Assembly: GCA_049515535.1 (NCBI GenBank)
Contig: JBEKTZ010000003.1
Span: 1-64,000 of the forward strand
Length of the DNA stretch: 64,000 nt
Reading direction: 5' to 3'
DNA from: Candidatus Aminicenantales bacterium
GTDB taxonomy: Bacteria; Acidobacteriota; Aminicenantia; Aminicenantales; UBA4085
Position numbers and translations under genes: made by a program. Positions 58,500 through 64,000 of the stretch are shown here, piece after piece (position 1 is the stretch's first letter; the number at the start of each line of letters is the position of its first letter). The notes under the pieces were generated by a model. It was not told the DNA's origin. It saw only the letters and a list, made by a program, of their open reading frames with translations, and made no database searches.

Positions 58500-59093
58500 A
58501 TGGAAATCATGGCGGGACAAGTGAAGGAGTTGCGCGAGCGGACCGGCATCGGCATGATGGAATGCAAGAAAGCCCTGGAAGAGGCCGGCGGAGACGCCGA
58601 AAGAGCGATCGAGATCCTCCGGAAGAAAGGCTACGCCCGGGCGAAAGAAAAAGCCGACCGGGCCACGTCCGAGGGACTCGTCGGGGCCTACATCCACACC
58701 AACGGAAAGATCGGTGTTCTGGTCGAAGTCAATTGCGAATCGGATTTCGTCGCCTTGACCAAGGAATTCAAAGAGTTGGTCAAGAACATCGCTATGCATG
58801 TCGCCGCTTCGAGTCCCCTGTACATCGCCCCCGAGAACGTCCCCGCGGACATCGTCGACAAGGAAAAAGACATCATCCGCGAGCAGTTCAAGGATTCGAA
58901 AAAGCCCGCGGAAATCGTGGAAAAAATCGTCCAGGGAAAATTGAGCAAATTCTACGAAGAGGTCTGCCTGCTCGAACAGCCCTACATCAAAGACGACAAA
59001 ACCAAGGTGAAAGACCTCATCACGGGTTTTATCGCCAAGTTCAAAGAAAACACAAAAATCAGCCGGTTCGTCCGTTATCAAATCGGGAAATAG
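58500..59093 (+). CDS. tsf: Elongation factor Ts (short form)
   Basis: [28 protein letters not shown]; 197 aa. Confidence 0.97.
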   Translation: MEIMAGQVKELRERTGIGMMECKKALEEAGGDAERAIEILRKKGYARAKEKADRATSEGLVGAYIHTNGKIGVLVEVNCESDFVALTKEFKELVKNIAMHVAASSPLYIAPENVPADIVDKEKDIIREQFKDSKKPAEIVEKIVQGKLSKFYEEVCLLEQPYIKDDKTKVKDLITGFIAKFKENTKISRFVRYQIGK

Positions 59094-59100
59094 GCCGAAC

Positions 59101-59820
59101 ATGCCAGCGCCGAAGCCAGCGTTCAAAAGAATCCTGCTGAAGCTGTCGGGCGAATCCCTCCTCGGGAAGCTCTCTTACGGCATCGATTTCAGGACGACCT
59201 CGTCCATCGCCGAGGAAATCAAGGAAATCCACAGTCTGGGCGTCCAGATCGCCATCATGATCGGCGGCGGGAATATTTTCCGGGGCCTCCACGGCACGGC
59301 CGAGGGGCTGGACCGGGTTTCCGCCGACCAGATGGGCCTCCTGGCCACCGTCATGAACGGGATCGCCCTGCAGGACGCCCTGGAAAAACAAGGCGTGTTC
59401 ACCCGGCACTTATCCGCCCTGGAGATCAAGGCGATCGCCGAGCCTTTCATCCGGCGGCGCGCCATCCGGCATCTGGAGAAAGGGCGGGTCGTGATCTTCA
59501 GCGCCGGGCTCGGAAGCCCTTATTTCACGACGGACACGGCGTCGGCGCTTCGAGCCCTCGAGATCAAGGCCCAGGTAATCCTCAAAGCGACCAAGGTGGA
59601 CGGCGTTTATACGGCCGATCCCATGAAGGACAAAAAGGCGAAGCGGTTCGACTCCATCCGCTACATGGACGTTTTGAAGCGGGGGCTGACGGTGATGGAC
59701 GCCACGGCCATTTCCCTATGCAAGGACAACGACCTTCCGATCATAGTCTTCAACCTCAAAAAGCGCGGCAACATCATGCGGGCTGTTCTCGGCGAAGCCA
59801 TCGGCACGAAAGTCTTTTGA
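59101..59820 (+). CDS. pyrH: Uridylate kinase
   Basis: [29 protein letters not shown]. Confidence 0.98.
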   Translation: MPAPKPAFKRILLKLSGESLLGKLSYGIDFRTTSSIAEEIKEIHSLGVQIAIMIGGGNIFRGLHGTAEGLDRVSADQMGLLATVMNGIALQDALEKQGVFTRHLSALEIKAIAEPFIRRRAIRHLEKGRVVIFSAGLGSPYFTTDTASALRALEIKAQVILKATKVDGVYTADPMKDKKAKRFDSIRYMDVLKRGLTVMDATAISLCKDNDLPIIVFNLKKRGNIMRAVLGEAIGTKVF

Positions 59821-59890
59821 GACATCCGCCCTCGTTCCCTCTCGAGAAAAGAGGAGGACGAGGGGATTTTTAAGGAATAAAGGTCGAACC

Positions 59891-60448
59891 ATGGTCAAGG
59901 ATGTGTTGAAGGATCTCGAAAAGAAGTTTAAAACGTCTTTAGAGCATTTCCGCCGGGAACTGAGCAAGCTCAGGACCGGCCGGGCCAACCTGGCCATCTT
60001 CGAAGATATCAAGGTCGATTATTACGGCGTGGCGACGTCGGTCAACCAGATGGCCAAGATCGGCATCCCCGACCCCAGCCTGATCACGGTCCAACCCTAT
60101 GACACGACGCTGCTCGAAGCCATCGATAAGGCCGTCAAGGCCGCGGGCCTGGGGTTGAACCCGCTCAACGACGGCAAAGTCCTCAAGATCCCGATTCCCC
60201 CGCTCGACGAAGAGCGGCGGCGCGAGATCGTGAAGGGCGTGAAGAAGATGCTCGAGGACGAGAAGACCGCGCTCCGCAACATGCGACGGGAGACCAAAGA
60301 GTTCATCGAGGAGCTCGAGAAAGAAAAAGAGATCAGCGAGGACGATAAATTCAAGGGACTCGAGGATCTCCAAAAGCTCATGGACGATTTCACGAAGAAG
60401 ACCGAAGAGACCTCCGCGGCCAAAGAAAAAGAGATCATACAGATCTAA
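59891..60448 (+). CDS. frr: Ribosome recycling factor
   Basis: LRTGRAN, VDYYG, LGLNP.NDG, IPPL.EERR. Confidence 0.97.
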   Translation: MVKDVLKDLEKKFKTSLEHFRRELSKLRTGRANLAIFEDIKVDYYGVATSVNQMAKIGIPDPSLITVQPYDTTLLEAIDKAVKAAGLGLNPLNDGKVLKIPIPPLDEERRREIVKGVKKMLEDEKTALRNMRRETKEFIEELEKEKEISEDDKFKGLEDLQKLMDDFTKKTEETSAAKEKEIIQI

Positions 60449-60586
60449 CGGGCTCGGGGTGCGCCGCTTGAACCCGCCCGGATGTTCGCCGGAACGGAAA
60501 AATCCCTTGATTTTGTTTTTTGACATCCCCCATTCTCTATGATAAGTATTTTCCCGTAACACGGTTTATTGAGGGGAGAGTGCGGC

Positions 60587-61069
60587 ATGAAAGAAACCAT
60601 CCAATTCAAGCTCAATGACAAGCCCGTCCGCTTGGACGTAGACGGGGACCGGATGCTTTTATGGGTCCTGCGGTCCGACCTCGGCCTGACGGGGACGAAG
60701 TTCGGCTGCGGCGAGGGGTTCTGCGGCGCGTGCACGGTCCTTGTAAATGACGAGGCCGTCCGCTCCTGCCAGACCCCCGTCAAAAACGTCCAGGGGAAAA
60801 ACGTCCTGACCATCGAGGGCCTGGCCAAAGACGGCGTCCTTCATCCGGTCCAAGAGGCTTTCGTCAAACACGACGCGCTGCAATGCGGTTTTTGCACGCC
60901 GGGGATGATTCTGACTGCCTACAGCTTGTTGTTGAAAAAGCCCCAGCTGTCCCCGAAAGACATTCTCGACGGCATGGAGGACAATCTCTGCCGGTGCGGG
61001 GCCCACATCCGCGTCGTCCAGGCCGTCCAGACGGCCGCTGTGAGCATGAAAGGAGCGGCAAAGAAATGA
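60587..61069 (+). CDS. 2x[2Fe-2S] small subunit of xanthine-oxidase-family oxidoreductase (IorA/CoxS-like)
   Basis: GTKFGCGEGFCGAC, QCGFCTPG, NLCRCG. Confidence 0.93.
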   Translation: MKETIQFKLNDKPVRLDVDGDRMLLWVLRSDLGLTGTKFGCGEGFCGACTVLVNDEAVRSCQTPVKNVQGKNVLTIEGLAKDGVLHPVQEAFVKHDALQCGFCTPGMILTAYSLLLKKPQLSPKDILDGMEDNLCRCGAHIRVVQAVQTAAVSMKGAAKK

Positions 61070-63225
61070 CAAAAGAAAAAAGCCAGACCCCCTTCATCGA
61101 CGAGATCGCCGCGTCCCGCTCTCTCGGTCGCCGCGATTTCATGAAAATCTTCGGCGGCGGGATCCTTATCGCCGTCACGGTCGGCGACGTCGAAGCTCTC
61201 TTCCAAGAGCAGGCCCGGCGCCAGGGCGGCGGTATGGGCCTGCCTTCGGATTTCAACGCTTTTCTGCGGATCGGAGAAGACGGCCGGGTGACCTGCTTCA
61301 CGGGGAAGATCGAGCAGGGACAGGGCGCCATCACCGCCCTCCCGCTGATGCTGGCCGAGGAGCTGGACGTCCTGCCGGATTCCGTGGATATGGTCATGGG
61401 CGACACCGACCTCTGCCCGTACGACATGGGGACGTTCGGCTCGATGACGATCCGCAATTTCGGACCCGCGCTGCGGGCCGCCGCGGCCGAAGCCCGGGCG
61501 GTCTTGTTCGAATTGGCCTCCGAAAAATGGCAGATTCCCGCGGACCGCCTGCAGGCCAAGGACGGCGTCATCTTCGATAAGGCGCGGCCCCAGACGAAAG
61601 TCACCTATGCCCAATTGACGCAGGGAAAAAAGATCGAGCGGCACGTGACCCCGAAGCCGCGGATCAAGACGCCGGCCGAGTTCAAGGTCATCGGCAAGCC
61701 CGCCATGCGGCGCGACGCGAGAGAGAAAGTCACGGGCAAAGCCCAATACGCCGGAGACATCCGCCGGCCCGGCATGCTCTACGCCAGAATATTGAGGCCG
61801 CCGGCCCACGGCGCGAAAATCAAGAGCCTGGACGTTTCGGGCGCGGACAAAATCGCCGGGGCCCGCGTCATCCAGGACGGCGACCTTATCGCCGTCGTGC
61901 ATGATTATCCCGACATGGCCGACGCCGCCCTGGCAAAAATCAAGGCCGGCTACGACCTTCCCGAAACGGGCTTGAACGATAAGAATATTTTCGATCACCT
62001 GGCCAAGAACGCCGCCGAAGGGCGAGCGGTCGCCCAGGGCGGGGATCTTGCCGAGGGGGCCAAGCTCGCCGCCTTCACGATCGAGCGGACGTATCTGAAC
62101 AGCTACGTCGCCCATTCCGCGATCGAAACGCATACGGCCCTCGTCGATTTCAAAGACGGGAAAGGCACGGCCTGGATCTCCACGCAGGCGCCGTTCCGGG
62201 CCAAGGAGGAAGTCGCCCAAGCGCTCGGCGTTCCTTCCCAGAACGTCCACGTCATCATGCCCTTCGTCGGCGGAGGGTTCGGCGGAAAAACGCGGAACAC
62301 GCAGGCCGTCCAGGCCGCGCGCCTGGCGAAGATCATCGGCAAGCCGGTCCAGGTCGCCTGGAGCCGCGCCGACGAATTCTTCTACGACACGTTCCGGCCG
62401 GCGGCCATCGTGAACATCAAATCCGGCGTTTCGAGCTCCGGCCAGATCGTGTTTTGGGACTACGAGGTCCTGTTCGCCGGCGAACGGAGCTCCGAGCAGT
62501 TCTACAACGTTCCCCATCACCGGACGGTCGTCCGGGGCGAGTGGGGCGGCGGAGCCCCGGGCGCTCATCCGTTCGATGTCGGCGCCTGGCGCGGGCCGGG
62601 CAGCAACACGAACACGTTCGCCCGGGAAAGCCATATCGACGCCCTGGCGGCCAAGGCGGGCGTCGATCCCGTGGAATTCCGGATGAAGAACCTCAGTGAC
62701 AAGAGAATGCAGAGGATCTTGACGGCCGCCGCCGGGAAGTTCGGCTGGGCGCCGGCCAAGTCTCCGAGCGGACGCGGGCTCGGCGTCTCCTGCGCCGATT
62801 ACAGTGGAACCTACGTCGCGGCGATCGCCGAAGTCGCGGTGGACAAATCGACCGGGAACGTCCAGGTGAAGCGCGTCGTCTGCGCCCAGGACTCGGGCGT
62901 GGCGGTCAACCCCGAAGGCGCGGCCCTTCAGATCGAGGGTTGTGTCATGATGGGGCTGGGCTATACGCTTACCGAGGAGATCCATTTCAAGGGCCGGGAA
63001 ATCCTGGACCTCAATTTCGACACCTATCAGATTCCCCGATTTTCCTGGCTCCCCAAAATCGAGACGGTGCTGGTGGATTCGCCGGAGCTGCCCATCACGG
63101 GAGTCGGAGAGCCGGCCATCACCAACATGGGAGCCGTGGTGGCCAACGCCATATATGACGCGACCGGCGCGCGGCTGCTTCAGCTTCCCATGACGCCGGA
63201 AAGGGTCAAGGCCGGCTTGAAGTAG
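61066..63225 (+). CDS. Molybdopterin-binding large subunit (IorB-like) with Tat signal
   Basis: LGRRDFMK twin-arginine; EQGQG, GGGFGGK, AWRGPG, QIEG, GVGEP; ATGA overlap with small subunit. Confidence 0.9.
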   Translation: MTKEKSQTPFIDEIAASRSLGRRDFMKIFGGGILIAVTVGDVEALFQEQARRQGGGMGLPSDFNAFLRIGEDGRVTCFTGKIEQGQGAITALPLMLAEELDVLPDSVDMVMGDTDLCPYDMGTFGSMTIRNFGPALRAAAAEARAVLFELASEKWQIPADRLQAKDGVIFDKARPQTKVTYAQLTQGKKIERHVTPKPRIKTPAEFKVIGKPAMRRDAREKVTGKAQYAGDIRRPGMLYARILRPPAHGAKIKSLDVSGADKIAGARVIQDGDLIAVVHDYPDMADAALAKIKAGYDLPETGLNDKNIFDHLAKNAAEGRAVAQGGDLAEGAKLAAFTIERTYLNSYVAHSAIETHTALVDFKDGKGTAWISTQAPFRAKEEVAQALGVPSQNVHVIMPFVGGGFGGKTRNTQAVQAARLAKIIGKPVQVAWSRADEFFYDTFRPAAIVNIKSGVSSSGQIVFWDYEVLFAGERSSEQFYNVPHHRTVVRGEWGGGAPGAHPFDVGAWRGPGSNTNTFARESHIDALAAKAGVDPVEFRMKNLSDKRMQRILTAAAGKFGWAPAKSPSGRGLGVSCADYSGTYVAAIAEVAVDKSTGNVQVKRVVCAQDSGVAVNPEGAALQIEGCVMMGLGYTLTEEIHFKGREILDLNFDTYQIPRFSWLPKIETVLVDSPELPITGVGEPAITNMGAVVANAIYDATGARLLQLPMTPERVKAGLK

Positions 63226-63275
63226 GATGGCGGCGAAGGCCGGCGGCGGCGCGAGCGCCGGCCGGCCAGTTTTTT

Positions 63276-64000
63276 TTACGGAGTTTTCGCGGGGCTTCTA
63301 AACCAGTTTTCCGTCGTGCCGAATTTCGTCCGGACGGCCGCGCCCCAGATGAGGCCGCTCAGGACAAAGGAGACAAAGAACCCGAGAAAGGGGACGAGAT
63401 CGATAAGGCTGAATAAGAGCAGCCCGAGCAACGCCCCGCCCAGCGGCGAGATCTTTTCCCAGTGGAAAGCCTTGGCCAGGCTCTCCCCGATGAAATAGAA
63501 CAGGGCGACCTTGCCGAACGTCTTGATGATGAAACCGACCATCAGCAGGGCGAGAAGGATCGGGATCCCGATAAGGACGATACAGAGGAAAGCGGCGATG
63601 ATCACGGCAAAAATGAAAAGGAAGAAGGCCAGGAGCCCGATACCGAACGTCGGCCAGAAGGCCGTGCGCAACTGTCCCGCGGCGAGAGTCACCTGTTTGG
63701 AGAACAGGGAGGCGACGAGGATGACGAGCAAAACCCAGATGAAGATGCTGATCAATTTGAAGAGCAGAATGATCGGCAGGAACGAGAACGAGAAAATCCC
63801 TTTCAGGCCTTCGCTGATGATCTTGGCCGAGCCTTTGGAACCCTTGAAATAGAGCGTGTCCTTTTCTACGCGGAAGCCGGGCTCTTTTTCAATGGTGCCG
63901 CCGAAGCCGACCAAATCCCCTTTGATCACGGCCTTCGATTTCAGGATGATGCGGGAGCCGAAGCCGACCACGGAATCGCCGACCTCGCCGTTGATGGTGA
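63276..64000 (-). CDS. Membrane protein with bactofilin-like beta-repeat N-region (5' end outside window)
   Basis: ITINGEVGDSVVGFG...VIKGDLVGFGG repeats followed by ~5 TM helices; frame open at window edge. Confidence 0.6.
   Translation of the reverse strand, partial: TINGEVGDSVVGFGSRIILKSKAVIKGDLVGFGGTIEKEPGFRVEKDTLYFKGSKGSAKIISEGLKGIFSFSFLPIILLFKLISIFIWVLLVILVASLFSKQVTLAAGQLRTAFWPTFGIGLLAFFLFIFAVIIAAFLCIVLIGIPILLALLMVGFIIKTFGKVALFYFIGESLAKAFHWEKISPLGGALLGLLLFSLIDLVPFLGFFVSFVLSGLIWGAAVRTKFGTTENWFRSPAKTP

Overview
GC-rich bacterial chromosomal window. Gene order (rplM-rpsI-rpsB-tsf-pyrH-frr) and content suggest an anaerobic diderm, possibly Acidobacteriota/Aminicenantia-like; this is inference only. 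Housekeeping blocks: rplU-rpmA-obgE-nadD-rsfS-rlmH-dksA-comF, rsmI-nadE-nitrilase, ligA, murB, murA, hom/metY-like, a eukaryote-type citrate synthase, lemA-htpX, ssrA-amidase-GerMN-der and the rplM..frr operon. RNA genes: tRNA-Lys, -Glu, -Val, -Asp and tmRNA. Accessory regions: (i) a ~2 kb integrase-less islet at tRNA-Val carrying a secreted serpin; (ii) a metal/Fe-S/sulfur cluster (DUF134, two NifX-like, CGGC, Fur, cysteine desulfurase) converging on a dsrC-dsrM-like-dsrK-like operon; (iii) a decayed ~3.2 kb island at tRNA-Asp with IS91 and integrase fragments around an intact GT-C-like gene; (iv) a TonB-dependent receptor/TPR/wHTH operon. Top candidate for an undescribed system: a LysW-carrier (alpha-aminoadipate) lysine operon, lysW-lysX-lysY-hcs-lysZ-lysJ. 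It has no lysK and ends instead in an Ntn-hydrolase (class II glutamine amidotransferase, EgtC/Dug3-like), a plausible non-orthologous LysW-gamma-Lys releasing enzyme. A divergent, apparently leaderless ACT-domain gene is its candidate regulator. All calls come from reading motifs by eye; no searches were run.
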